Positions 1 to 9,881 of a stretch of 64,000 bases of DNA are shown piece by piece. The translations under genes were made by a program, and so were the position numbers. Positions within the stretch are counted from its first letter, which is position 1, and each line of letters opens with the position of its first letter. The DNA is taken from assembly GCA_039679675.1 (NCBI GenBank), contig JBDKUN010000033.1, positions 160,001-224,000 on the forward strand, in the 5' to 3' direction. The notes below the pieces were generated by a model. That model saw only the letters and a program-made list of their open reading frames with translations, was not told the DNA's origin and searched no databases. The stretch comes from Armatimonadota bacterium (GTDB lineage Bacteria; Armatimonadota; UBA5829; DTLH01).

Positions 1-3000
1 ATAGCTGAAGTTGCTGCCGTCTACGAGATAGGCCAGGCTATAAATGAACTCGATATAGAACGGCTTCTACCGCTTATCACTGAAAAAGCCGCCGCCGTCA
101 TGGATGCTCAGGCATGTTCTCTGCTATTGCGTGACCCCGAATCGGATGATCTTACGATAGAAGCCAGTTGGGGGCTTACGGATGACATCGTGAAGGGAGC
201 CAGGGTGCATTTCGGAGAAGGTATTTCGGGAAGGGTAGCAAAAACGGGAGAAGCCATGCTCCTGGTCGATATCCGCTCGGACCCGCGCTTCAAAACCGGG
301 TCGGTTCGCCCCCGTAAGGGAATCGCTTCTTCGATGTCCGCGCCCCTAAAGGACGAGTCAGGGAGAGTAATAGGAGTCCTGAACATTCGCCGCCATGTCC
401 CCGCGCCTGTGTTTACAGAGGATGAGTTGCGGTTGTTCTGTGTGTTCGCAAGCCAGGCCGCGCTTGCCATCTCAAACGCGCAGCTTTACATGAGTCTGAG
501 CCAGCGTATCGCTGAGATGTCTACCATTTCAGATCTGCTGAGAGCGATCAACTCAACGCTGGACTTGAGTGATGTGCTGGACCAGGTTGCGGACAATATC
601 ATCAAGGTAGTCGGGTTCGACCGGTGCTGTGTTTATCTGTTCGATTCACGGGCTAACGAATACATAGCGGGTATCAGAAGGGGATACGAGGATGGTGAAC
701 TGCCGTCGCGTGTAGGACCGGGTGTCGGCACAATAGGGCTTGCCGCGAAAGAGTGTATAGCCGTTTTCGATAAAGGAAACCGCCGAAAGCAGGACGGCGG
801 ACACCGCTTACGTTCAAAAGGACAGCAATCATTTCTAGCGACTCCGATTGTCGTACGCGGCCAGTGTATCGGCGTGGTTGTAGTCGATAATGCCATTACG
901 GACAGACCGGTCAATCAGTCAGAAGTCGAGCTGCTGTCGACATTTGTCAGCCAGGCGGGGATCGCCATCGAAAACGCAAGGTTGTATGAGGCTATGGAGG
1001 AGAAATACTCCGAGCTGAATGTTCTTTTTGAGCACAGCAAAACGATAAGCTCCGCTTACGGGCTTGAGAACGTCGCGCATATCTCGACGGCGGTAGCGAG
1101 GAAGGCTGTGCCCTGCGACAGCTGCGCGCTTCTTCTTCTGAGCGGCAAAAGGACGAATATCGCGCTTCAAGCCACGGCGGGTGTGCCTCAGAATGTCATA
1201 GATTATGTTCGCAGGCGTGTACCGGATGAAAAGGTAGTCGAATTTGTCCGCGATCTCAGGTCTGCATCTCTTGTTGGGCAGGGTAACTCCGCTTGTCTCG
1301 GTAAAACAACCGCTGATATTATTGGTAATGCTGTCGGGGAGTCGGGTTCGGCGCTTCTTGTCCCGCTTCTGGCTGAGGATGTCACTATCGGCGCATTTGT
1401 GCTGATCAGGCAGGATTCGGCTGAGTTCACTACAGGAGAAGTCCAGCTTCTTTCCATTGTGGCGTCACAAGCGGCCGTCGTGTTGAAAAATGCGCTTCGC
1501 TACGAGCAGCGGATGAAGCGGCAGGTGCTCGATCTATCGACTCTTTACGATTTTTCGCGGCGGATCAGCGCGTCAGCAAGTCTCGAAGAAGCACTGGATG
1601 TTATTTTGGGCATAGTAAACGATCTTGTGGACTGTGATGAGTCCGTCATCTATGCCATAGACCATGAGCGGGATGTCATGGTTCCCACATCAGTCAGATT
1701 GAGCAGCGGAGGGGTGAAACGGGCTTCGGAACAGCCGCTTTCGGGTAACAGTGTTATGAGCTGGACCGTAAGAGAGAGGAAGGCTATCGTCTCGCCGGAC
1801 ATAAGCTGCGATTCGCGGTTCGATCCGATTGAGGAGGATGCCAAGCCGGTCAGGTCCCTTATGTCTATACCTCTGATGGTGCAGGATGAGGCAGTAGGTG
1901 TCCTTTGCGTGCGGAGTGCAAGCCCCAACCTTTACTCTGAAGACGATGTTCGGATGCTCTCGATCATTGCATCGCAGAGCACATCGATATATAAAGAGCT
2001 GGAAGCGCTTGCCGCGCTCACGAGCTATACGGAAAATATCCTTTCGAGTATCGCTGCCGGGGTTGTTACTCTCGACAGTAATGGCGTAGTCCTTACCTGG
2101 AACCGTGCAGCTGAGTCTATTACAGGCCTGAAGAGTGCTGATATGGAAGGCTCTCATTATAGGGATGTAATAGCCAGGCTTACTGTAACGGATACCGATA
2201 AAGCATCGACTGTCCAGATAATAGACAAGGTACGTGCTACCGGAGAGGTATACCAGGGCTACAAGTTGTGCTACCATCCGGCCAAGGAAGATGTGAGATA
2301 TGTAAATATCAGCGCATCTGTGCTCTGGAACCATAATGGAGACCCCATCGGACAGGTAATCATTTTCGAGGACACTACCAAAGATATAAAGATGGAGAAC
2401 GAGTTCAGGCGTATGGGCGAGTTAGCCGCCGTAGGACAGCTTGCTGCAAGCATCGCGCACGAGTTGCGGAACCCTTTGAGCTCCATCAAGGGTGCGGCAC
2501 AGTTCCTTAGAAAGGAATACGAGGACAACGACTCAACGATTGTTGAGTTTCTTGATATTATAATAGAAGAAGTAAATGGTCTTTCCAAGTTGACTACGGA
2601 GTTCCTGGAGTTTGCCCGGCCGATGGAGTTTGAGATAGGCCCGGTTGACATTAATGGGATAGTCAGAAAGACTCTGCAGTTGATGAACGTGCATATCAGT
2701 GAAAGCGGTGTAGTCGTGCAGGACCATCTTGCCATGGACCTTCCGGTAATCCAGGCGGACGGCAAGCAGCTTGAACAGGTGCTGAGAAATATCATTCTAA
2801 ATGCGGTTCAGGCGATGCCGGATGGCGGTTCACTTTCCATTGAGACTTCCGCGACGTGCCACGCAGTCGAGCTTTCCGTCTCAGATACGGGAATCGGAAT
2901 CCCTGAGGAGAAGTTGGACAGGATTTTCGTACCATTTTTCACTACCAAGACCAAAGGTACCGGCCTGGGGCTTTCCGTAGTGAAGAAGATCGTGGAAAAC

Positions 3001-3126
3001 CACGGTGGATATATAGATGTTTCGAGCGTAGTAGGGCAGGGAACCAGGTTCAAAGTTATTCTACCGCTTGCGGGGATAGTAAGAGCCATACCGCCCGAAG
3101 CCGAAACTACTGAAAGGAAACAATGA
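1..3126 (+). CDS. Multi-GAF/PAS sensor histidine kinase, 5'-truncated by the window edge
   Basis: Frame is open from base 1 (IAEVAAVYEIGQAINELD...). Four GAF-like repeats (APL...GVL...F/YTxxE..LL..FASQAA.AI.NA.LY), a PAS-like segment (ILSSIAAGVVTLD..WN.AAE.ITG), H-box AHELRNPL, N-box NAVQAM, G boxes DTGIGI, FFTTK and GTGLGL. Confidence 0.95.
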   Translation: MAEVAAVYEIGQAINELDIERLLPLITEKAAAVMDAQACSLLLRDPESDDLTIEASWGLTDDIVKGARVHFGEGISGRVAKTGEAMLLVDIRSDPRFKTGSVRPRKGIASSMSAPLKDESGRVIGVLNIRRHVPAPVFTEDELRLFCVFASQAALAISNAQLYMSLSQRIAEMSTISDLLRAINSTLDLSDVLDQVADNIIKVVGFDRCCVYLFDSRANEYIAGIRRGYEDGELPSRVGPGVGTIGLAAKECIAVFDKGNRRKQDGGHRLRSKGQQSFLATPIVVRGQCIGVVVVDNAITDRPVNQSEVELLSTFVSQAGIAIENARLYEAMEEKYSELNVLFEHSKTISSAYGLENVAHISTAVARKAVPCDSCALLLLSGKRTNIALQATAGVPQNVIDYVRRRVPDEKVVEFVRDLRSASLVGQGNSACLGKTTADIIGNAVGESGSALLVPLLAEDVTIGAFVLIRQDSAEFTTGEVQLLSIVASQAAVVLKNALRYEQRMKRQVLDLSTLYDFSRRISASASLEEALDVILGIVNDLVDCDESVIYAIDHERDVMVPTSVRLSSGGVKRASEQPLSGNSVMSWTVRERKAIVSPDISCDSRFDPIEEDAKPVRSLMSIPLMVQDEAVGVLCVRSASPNLYSEDDVRMLSIIASQSTSIYKELEALAALTSYTENILSSIAAGVVTLDSNGVVLTWNRAAESITGLKSADMEGSHYRDVIARLTVTDTDKASTVQIIDKVRATGEVYQGYKLCYHPAKEDVRYVNISASVLWNHNGDPIGQVIIFEDTTKDIKMENEFRRMGELAAVGQLAASIAHELRNPLSSIKGAAQFLRKEYEDNDSTIVEFLDIIIEEVNGLSKLTTEFLEFARPMEFEIGPVDINGIVRKTLQLMNVHISESGVVVQDHLAMDLPVIQADGKQLEQVLRNIILNAVQAMPDGGSLSIETSATCHAVELSVSDTGIGIPEEKLDRIFVPFFTTKTKGTGLGLSVVKKIVENHGGYIDVSSVVGQGTRFKVILPLAGIVRAIPPEAETTERKQ

Positions 3127-4328
3127 GCGCTGACAGCAACACCGGGACCATCCTGGTTGTAGATGATGAACAGAATATTAGAAGGGTCATTGAAGCTGTT
3201 CTTGGCAAAGAAGGCTATGATGTAGTGACAGCCGAAAACGGCAAGAAGGCGCTCGATGCTATCTCGACGAGGGCCGATATAGGTGTGATGATCTCGGACC
3301 TTGTCATGCCGGACATCAACGGCGTGGAGCTTCTGGAAGCCGCGAGACAGATAAATCCGGGCATCACCGTTATCATGATTACCGCACATGGCTCGATCAA
3401 AAGCGCGGTCGATGCAATGCGTCTCGGCGCTTTCGACTACATAACCAAGCCGTTCGAGATGGACGAGCTGAAATTGGTCGTAAAACGGGCTGTAGAGCGG
3501 CGGCAGTTGATAAACGAGAACATCGACCTGCGCCAGCAGCTCAAGAGCCGTTATAAGTTCGATAACATAGTCGGTGCGAGCAGCGCTATGCAGGAAGTTT
3601 TCAAGATGGTAGAGCGTGTAGCCGACTCACGAGCATCAGTGCTCATCAGAGGCGAGAGCGGTACCGGCAAAGAGTTGATTGCGAGAGCGCTCCATTTTAA
3701 TTCCTGCCGCGCGCACAACCCGTTCGTCCCGGTCGTCTGCGTAGCTTTATCCGAGCAGCTTCTGGAAAGCGAACTCTTCGGCCATGAAAAAGGTTCGTTC
3801 ACCGGCGCAGTTGGGCAGAAGCCTGGGCGCTTCGAGATGGCTCACACCGGAACGCTTTTTTTGGACGAAATAGGGGATATTCCCGGAAATGTCCAGATGA
3901 AGCTCCTTAGGGTGCTTCAGGAACGCGAGTTCGAGCGCGTAGGCGGGCTGAAAACGATCAAAGTCGATGTAAGGCTTGTCACCGCGACAAATCAGGACCT
4001 AGAAAAGGGCGTAAAGGAAGGCAAATTCAGGGAAGACCTGTTCTATCGATTGCAGGTAGTCCAGATCAACCTGCCGCCGCTCAGGGACAGGATCGAGGAT
4101 GTCCCGCTTCTTGTCGAGCATTTTATCGGCAAATATGCCAAAGAAAACGGCAAAGTGATCAAATATGCCAGCCCTGAAGCGCTGGATATCTTGATGAACT
4201 ACAAGTGGCCGGGGAACATCCGCCAGTTGGAGAACACGGTCGAACGCGCTATAGTTCTTGCAGATGACGACGCACAACTCATTACGCCGGATCTCTTACC
4301 GATGAGTATTACGACTCCCAAAACATAG
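3123..4328 (+). CDS. NtrC-family sigma54-dependent response regulator (REC + AAA+), no C-terminal HTH
   Basis: Receiver motifs ILVVDDE, SDLVMP and KPF; Walker A GESGTGKE; ESELFGHEKGSFTGA; LFLDEIG; FREDLFYRL; WPGNIRQL. Stops at aa 401. ATGA overlap with the kinase. Confidence 0.95.
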   Translation: MSADSNTGTILVVDDEQNIRRVIEAVLGKEGYDVVTAENGKKALDAISTRADIGVMISDLVMPDINGVELLEAARQINPGITVIMITAHGSIKSAVDAMRLGAFDYITKPFEMDELKLVVKRAVERRQLINENIDLRQQLKSRYKFDNIVGASSAMQEVFKMVERVADSRASVLIRGESGTGKELIARALHFNSCRAHNPFVPVVCVALSEQLLESELFGHEKGSFTGAVGQKPGRFEMAHTGTLFLDEIGDIPGNVQMKLLRVLQEREFERVGGLKTIKVDVRLVTATNQDLEKGVKEGKFREDLFYRLQVVQINLPPLRDRIEDVPLLVEHFIGKYAKENGKVIKYASPEALDILMNYKWPGNIRQLENTVERAIVLADDDAQLITPDLLPMSITTPKT

Positions 4329-4340
4329 GAGTGACAGAGA

Positions 4341-5021
4341 GTGCTCAAGCGAATAAAGTTTATTGACACCATTCCCGCGCTTGCAGTTATTTTGGCGATT
4401 TTGCCGGTTTCTGTAATAGCCCATATAAGGTGGAAGTATCTCATACCGAAAGAAAGCAGCCTGGGCAGTATTCAGCACTTGATCGTACCTGTAATCTTCG
4501 TAGCTTTATTTCTCTTCGAACTTGTCCTCCGCAGGTGGAACCACCTTGTATTGGCTCTTTCCCTGGGTGTGCTTGTTTTTATCCCCATAAGTTTGATATC
4601 AAATATCACTGATGGCAACGTGTACAATAGTGCTACCCGGCACAGCTGTTCGGTACAGCTTCATGATTACGGCGTAAGAGTAACCATTAACGCAGGATGC
4701 AGTAATGGAGGCAGTTGGCACTGGTTACCTGGCGTGGGCGGTGGGTTAAGGTGGAGTGTTGTGATCGATCGGCAGGAATACCAATATTTGGGGTTCACAC
4801 TCGGTGGCCTAAACGATTTAAACCAGAAAGTCCAACTCTCTATTATCGAGACCTCAAAAGGCCGGATATTACGCATCTACGACGGTGATAAGAACTATTA
4901 CATTGAGCTGAGCAACCTTTCAAGAACACAGTGGCAGAAGGGAAAAGAGCAGCGGTTGGGTGTTTTTCGACAGGAAAGCATCGGAAAGTTCAGGTTTGAG
5001 CCGATACCGGATAAACACTGA
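4341..5021 (+). CDS. Hypothetical membrane protein (about 3 N-terminal TM helices)
   Basis: 226-aa ORF with GTG start after AGGAG; hydrophobic N-terminal segments. Confidence 0.6.
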   Translation: MLKRIKFIDTIPALAVILAILPVSVIAHIRWKYLIPKESSLGSIQHLIVPVIFVALFLFELVLRRWNHLVLALSLGVLVFIPISLISNITDGNVYNSATRHSCSVQLHDYGVRVTINAGCSNGGSWHWLPGVGGGLRWSVVIDRQEYQYLGFTLGGLNDLNQKVQLSIIETSKGRILRIYDGDKNYYIELSNLSRTQWQKGKEQRLGVFRQESIGKFRFEPIPDKH

Positions 5022-5034
5022 TTGTTCGGATGGT

Positions 5035-5078
5035 TTTGGAGTGCGGAAGCGCCAGCTTCCGCTTTTCTATCGACATTC
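5035..5078. repeat. Palindromic dispersed repeat family A, copy 1 (REP-like or terminator-like)
   Basis: GCGGAAGC-gcca-GCTTCCGC hairpin followed by TTTT; 40/44 identical to 39287-39330. Confidence 0.85.
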
Positions 5079-5080
5079 TC

Positions 5081-5125
5081 TTTTGAAACGCGAATTACGT
5101 GGATTTAGCGGATTTCGCGAATGGT
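5081..5125. repeat. Dispersed repeat family B, copy 1
   Basis: TTTTGAAACGCGAATTACGtGGATTTAgCGGAtttcGCGAATGGT; near-identical to 26464-26509. Confidence 0.85.
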
Positions 5126-5269
5126 AGATATTTACAGCATCTACTTCTTTGCTTCGGGATTGCAGTTCGTACCGAAGCCGACACCATCAATTCCACCCAA
5201 AATGGGGCCATCTCAGCGTTTGCCATCGTCTCTTAATCTTAGTTCCACCCATTTTTAAGGAGAAAGTTC

Positions 5270-6565
5270 GTGAAAGGTATCACTATGTTATCGTTAGCAA
5301 TGCTGCTGGTGGCGGCATGTGCCGCCGATTGTAAGACACAGCCGTCCGATGTGCTCGTGTCAGCCAATGTTATGGCCTACGGAGCAAAAGCGGACAGCAA
5401 AACCGATGATACAGCCGCATTCCAGAAAGCAATCGATACAACAAGCAAAAAGGGCGGCATCGTATCAGTCCCGTCGGGCACATATTTAATCGCCGGATCG
5501 CTCAATATTCCGGCGGGAGTCACCCTGCAGGGAGTCTGGCAGGCTCCTCACAACACAGCGCTCGGCAAGGGCAGCGTGATCTTTGCCACAGGAAACGCTG
5601 GAAAAGAGGATGGCCCCGCACTCATTGTTATGAACGAGAACACCTGCGTAAAAGGGCTCACGGTATTCTACCCGGACCAGAATATCGACAATGTAAAGCC
5701 TTACCCCTGGACGATTCAGGGCAAAGGGACAAACTGCAGCGTCATAGATGTTACATTAGCCAACCCATATAAAGGCATCGACTTCGGCTCCAACTGGAAC
5801 GAGTTGCATTATATCAAAAACGTCTATGGCTGCCCGCTTAAAGTAGGTGTTTTGGTCGACCAGTGTTCGGACATCGGCCGTATGGAAGATGTCCACTTCA
5901 ATCCAAATGCATGGACTAGATCAGGCTTTGCCAACGCGCCTACTGGACCTAAGTTCGATAAGCTGCAAAAGTACCTGAACGAGAATCTGGAAGGGTTCAT
6001 CTTTGCCAGGACAGACTGGGAGTATGTCAGCAACTGCTTCGTGATCTTTCCAAAGATCGGGTTTCACTTCATTGCGAGGGAAAAGGGGCCGGGAAATGTC
6101 CTTGTGACCCAGTCCGGATCGGATGTTTGTAATACAGCCGTACAGGTGGATGAGACTCAGGCCCACGCTGGCGTCGAGTTCACGAACTGCCAGTTCATGT
6201 CCAAAATCGTTGTAGGCCCGAAAAACAGGGGCCCGATCAAGTTTGCCAACTGCGGTTTCTGGCCCATCGATAGCACCGACAATCAGGCTGTAATCGAGGG
6301 AATAGGCACAGTCACATTTACGGCTACGCATTTCTCCGGTTGGGGGAGGAAAGACGCTGAAGCCCCGTGTATCTTGGTAAAGAGCGGCTCAGTGATCGTA
6401 AACGGATGCGAATTCCGCGATTATGGCAAGAAGCAGATAGAACTCAGCTCGGATACATTGTCCGCTGCGATATTCGGCTCGCAGTTCTGGGGCGGTCAGA
6501 AGATCACAAACAACGCTCCTTCTTCTGCAAGCGTCCAGATCGGGCTGAATATCGAGTTGAAGTAG
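5270..6565 (+). CDS. Secreted right-handed beta-helix carbohydrate-active protein (pectate lyase 3 / GH28/GH55-like)
   Basis: Signal peptide; N-terminal motif NVMAYGAKADSKTDDTAAFQKAID...VSVPSGTY; AAGGAG RBS. Confidence 0.85.
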   Translation: MKGITMLSLAMLLVAACAADCKTQPSDVLVSANVMAYGAKADSKTDDTAAFQKAIDTTSKKGGIVSVPSGTYLIAGSLNIPAGVTLQGVWQAPHNTALGKGSVIFATGNAGKEDGPALIVMNENTCVKGLTVFYPDQNIDNVKPYPWTIQGKGTNCSVIDVTLANPYKGIDFGSNWNELHYIKNVYGCPLKVGVLVDQCSDIGRMEDVHFNPNAWTRSGFANAPTGPKFDKLQKYLNENLEGFIFARTDWEYVSNCFVIFPKIGFHFIAREKGPGNVLVTQSGSDVCNTAVQVDETQAHAGVEFTNCQFMSKIVVGPKNRGPIKFANCGFWPIDSTDNQAVIEGIGTVTFTATHFSGWGRKDAEAPCILVKSGSVIVNGCEFRDYGKKQIELSSDTLSAAIFGSQFWGGQKITNNAPSSASVQIGLNIELK

Positions 6566-6595
6566 CTAAACATCTATTGTGAGGCAAAACAAAGG

Positions 6596-8368
6596 ATGAA
6601 TGAAGAGCAGATTGTAGCTGCAGCATGGGATTTAGTAAGCGACGACAAGGAACGGAGCTTCCAAGGCTACAAAACCATAAAAGAGGCCGGTGGAGACGCT
6701 GCAGCCGTACTTCTGCGGGTTGCACATGAATGGGATGAGCTCCAGCAGGCGAAATGGCTCGGTTTGTGGGGCAGCGGCAGCCCCACGGATGCCCTTGCGC
6801 ATGACATCAATGATTCAAGCGCAATCGATGCTCTTATAGAGAGTCTTCGTGACCCGATGCCTTGTTTTCGCGGGTTTGCCACTCTTGCTTTAGCAGAAAT
6901 CGATGATCCACGGGTACCCGGTCTGCTAGCTCAAGCTATTTCCGATGGAGATGCTGCAGTAAGGCGTAATGCGATCTATGGGCTGCAGCAATTTGGTGAT
7001 GAGCGCTCGTATGAACTGATTAAAGAGGCTATGAATGACGCAGACGATAGAGTTCGTTCTGCGGTGGCGCGTGCCATGCGCTGGATCGGTGGGACGGATA
7101 GTGCGGAAGTTCTAATCCGGGCGTTGACTGATCCTTCAGAACGAGTTGCGGCATCCGCTGCCGGATCGCTTGGTCATCTTGACATTAAGGAGGCTGTAGA
7201 CCCGCTTATTGTGGCATTGAAGAGCAGACAAGATAAGTTTGCTGCCATTAGAGCCCTTGGAAAGATCGGTGGCTGTCGCGCGGTAGCTCCAATAATGGAT
7301 ATTCTAATGACCACCGATAAGTATCTCATGCAGCTATCTGCGGCCAGTGCTCTTGTAAAACTTGCTCCAGATAAGGCTCTGGAGGCTCTTCTCACAATGC
7401 TGAAAAGTTCGGATGTCTCAAAGCGAAGGTTGGCTGCCGAGGCTCTTGGAAAACTAAAAAATGCTCGTGCTTGTGATTCGCTTGCAGAACATCTATCGGA
7501 TGATAGTCCTGTGGTGGCACAAGCTTCTGCGCTTGCTCTTGCCGCATTAGGCGATCATCGCGCGGTCGAACCGCTGATTTCAATTCTCCATATAGAGCCG
7601 GAGATGAAACCTGTAAAGATCAGTGTGAACCCTGATGTTTACAGAGACGAAGATATGGCTCGCTTTGCCAGAAATGCAGCAGCGATAGCTCTTGGCAAAC
7701 TCGGTGATTCCAGAGCTATTGAGCCACTGGCAGCGGCATTGGAGAATGAGTCGGTAGCTCCTTATGCTGCATTATCGCTGGCTCAACTCGGCGACTGCAG
7801 AGGGGTTCAGTATCTTCTTAATATGCTCAAATCGAGTGAAGAGCGGCAGATGTCCAAAGCTATTTATGCGCTCGGCGAATCGAAAGACCACAGGGCTGTT
7901 AAGCCGTTGGTAGAAATGCTTAACTCCGAAACTATTCACTGTGGAGAAAAACTATCCGTGCTCTCTGCCCTAGCGCGCATAGGGACGAAAGAGGCAGTTG
8001 CAGCCATCGAGTCCGTGATGTCTTCCGGCGGTGAGTCTGCCATGGATGCAGCTGGAGAGTTGGCGAAGTTGGGATATGGCTCCGGCTTTGAGTATCTGCG
8101 TTCAAAACTAGAGTCAGACGATGAGAAAGAGCGGTACAGGGCGGTATTCAAGCTTTCCTTTATTTCCGATAAACGCGCTACTGATCTATTATTATCTGTG
8201 CTTAACGACAAGTCCGATGCCATGCGGCTCCAGGCGGTAAGCGCACTTGGAGAAAGAGACGGCGAATGTGTAATCGGAGCACTGGAGACCCTGCTTAACG
8301 ACCCGAACAGGCGGATTCGGACGGCTGCATCACGGTCAGTTCGGAAGCTGGAGGCTATCAACAGATAA
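6596..8368 (+). CDS. HEAT/PBS-lyase repeat protein
   Basis: Many repeats of the type D.d..VR..AA.ALG.lGD.RAVEPLI..L across 590 aa. Confidence 0.9.
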   Translation: MNEEQIVAAAWDLVSDDKERSFQGYKTIKEAGGDAAAVLLRVAHEWDELQQAKWLGLWGSGSPTDALAHDINDSSAIDALIESLRDPMPCFRGFATLALAEIDDPRVPGLLAQAISDGDAAVRRNAIYGLQQFGDERSYELIKEAMNDADDRVRSAVARAMRWIGGTDSAEVLIRALTDPSERVAASAAGSLGHLDIKEAVDPLIVALKSRQDKFAAIRALGKIGGCRAVAPIMDILMTTDKYLMQLSAASALVKLAPDKALEALLTMLKSSDVSKRRLAAEALGKLKNARACDSLAEHLSDDSPVVAQASALALAALGDHRAVEPLISILHIEPEMKPVKISVNPDVYRDEDMARFARNAAAIALGKLGDSRAIEPLAAALENESVAPYAALSLAQLGDCRGVQYLLNMLKSSEERQMSKAIYALGESKDHRAVKPLVEMLNSETIHCGEKLSVLSALARIGTKEAVAAIESVMSSGGESAMDAAGELAKLGYGSGFEYLRSKLESDDEKERYRAVFKLSFISDKRATDLLLSVLNDKSDAMRLQAVSALGERDGECVIGALETLLNDPNRRIRTAASRSVRKLEAINR

Positions 8369-8384
8369 ACTTTGATAAGGTTGC

Positions 8385-8411
8385 TGGCCGGGATTAGGGG
8401 AATCCCGGCCA
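8385..8411. terminator. Hairpin between convergent genes, probable terminator
   Basis: TGGCCGGGATT-agggg-AATCCCGGCCA, 11-bp stem. Confidence 0.55.
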
Positions 8412-8455
8412 TTTCCGACCACTCGTTCTCTTGCATCGAGGCATCATTGACTCAA

Positions 8456-9592
8456 TTATCTGACACGAATATCTGCAATCATCTGTTTCATTAGGATGCA
8501 CTTGAGCGCACCGTTTGCTTCTGACGCGATCTGTGCCGCAGGCTCGCCGTTGAGCGCGGCGTCTTCGTCTGTTATCTCGATTATCACCTGATTGCGGGCT
8601 ATGACCGCGTTTTCAGATACTTTGACCTCACGAATTTGTAACCCTTTGTCAAGGAGGTCGTTTATCCGTTCAGCGGCAGCTTTAGCGCTTGATTCCTGTT
8701 TAAGCTTACAAATGAATCTTTGACCAACTGATACTTCATACGCCCCGGCCTTATTATCACCGGACTTTGCTACCCGGGCTGAATTGGACGTTGTGACGGC
8801 CCGGCGGTTGATCTCGATGCCGCGTGCTTCAATGTTACTTTTAACCGCTTCAACACGCTCCCAGGGGTGCGGGTGGGTCTGGAGTATGCCCCAGTTAACG
8901 AGATCGGGGTGGTCCGCAAGCCGTTCAAGAAATGTCAGCATCCCGACCGGGTTGTACCCTGCCTGGATAAGGTAGTCTATCGCTGTCAGATCAGCGTCGC
9001 GTTCCGCCTTCTGACCAAAACCGCTGATTTTGCCGGTTTTATAATACTGAGCGCCCATCATCACGTTGGACATGTCTCCGGAGCGCATGTTTCCAAGGAG
9101 ACTCGCGACAAGGATGATAGCTGTTTTACCCTCTATGCGGGACTGCTCTTTGAGCAGGTAGACCATGTGGTGGTGTGCGGCATGAGCTATCTCATGTGCC
9201 AGCACACCGGCTAGTTCGTGGTCGGTTTCGCAGGCGTTAATGAGTCCTTTGTAGACATATATATGACCACCGGGGATGGAGAACGCGTTAATGTCATCGC
9301 TGTCGATTACCTTGAAGGTATAGTCGAATTTGGTGAGGGTTGGGCATCCGTAACCGGCAGGAAGCTCTTGGGCATTCGCTGCGTCGGCAAGCGATCTGCC
9401 GATGCGCTGTACACGCGCTATCATCTCTGCATCTTTGACCATTACGCAGTTCTTCTCGGCTTCAACTGCAGCTTCCTTGCCCATTTGTATCTCTTCCGCG
9501 CCAATGCTCGGGATAGGCCCCGAAGCCCAGGCGGCGCAGGCCAATGATATGAGTAAAATAGCTGTTATCGTGTAGATGATGGACCTGGACAT
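8456..9592 (-). CDS. M48-family zinc metalloprotease with signal peptide
   Basis: INAFSIPGG; ELAGVLAHEIAH (HExxH); ERDAD; THP...ER. Start placed at MSRSII, downstream of a GGAGGGG RBS. Confidence 0.9.
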   Translation of the reverse strand: MSRSIIYTITAILLISLACAAWASGPIPSIGAEEIQMGKEAAVEAEKNCVMVKDAEMIARVQRIGRSLADAANAQELPAGYGCPTLTKFDYTFKVIDSDDINAFSIPGGHIYVYKGLINACETDHELAGVLAHEIAHAAHHHMVYLLKEQSRIEGKTAIILVASLLGNMRSGDMSNVMMGAQYYKTGKISGFGQKAERDADLTAIDYLIQAGYNPVGMLTFLERLADHPDLVNWGILQTHPHPWERVEAVKSNIEARGIEINRRAVTTSNSARVAKSGDNKAGAYEVSVGQRFICKLKQESSAKAAAERINDLLDKGLQIREVKVSENAVIARNQVIIEITDEDAALNGEPAAQIASEANGALKCILMKQMIADIRVR

Positions 9593-9661
9593 ACAGATTA
9601 CCCCCTCCCGGCAATGGATTCCTGGCATAGCAATTTCGCTTTGTCTATATCAGAAAATAGT

Positions 9662-9677
9662 TGCACTGGATGTGCCA
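9662..9677 (-). promoter_or_regulatory. Candidate sigma54 (-24/-12) promoter for the M48 gene
   Basis: Minus strand reads TGGCAC-ATCCA-GTGCA, with canonical GG-N10-GC spacing, about 70 nt upstream of the start. Confidence 0.55.
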
Positions 9678-9881
9678 AGGCCCCCCGCTTTTCTACCGGT
9701 TTATTGACAGAAAATTGTCGATAAATGTTGACATTACCGTCCAGATGAGCTAAAATTAAGCTCAACGATAGCCCCGAAAGTCAGACAAAGTCGTCTCTCT
9801 GCAGGTATGCAAGGAGAATTTGCTATTATGTCCACACGTGAGAGATATGGAAGAAATCCCTTGTCAGGGAGGGGACGATCC

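Noticed and set aside
9730..9880. Possible riboswitch in the long leader of the CAP gene
   Set aside because: Only weak stems, and no match by eye to c-di-AMP, c-di-GMP or other known consensus. An Rfam scan would settle it.
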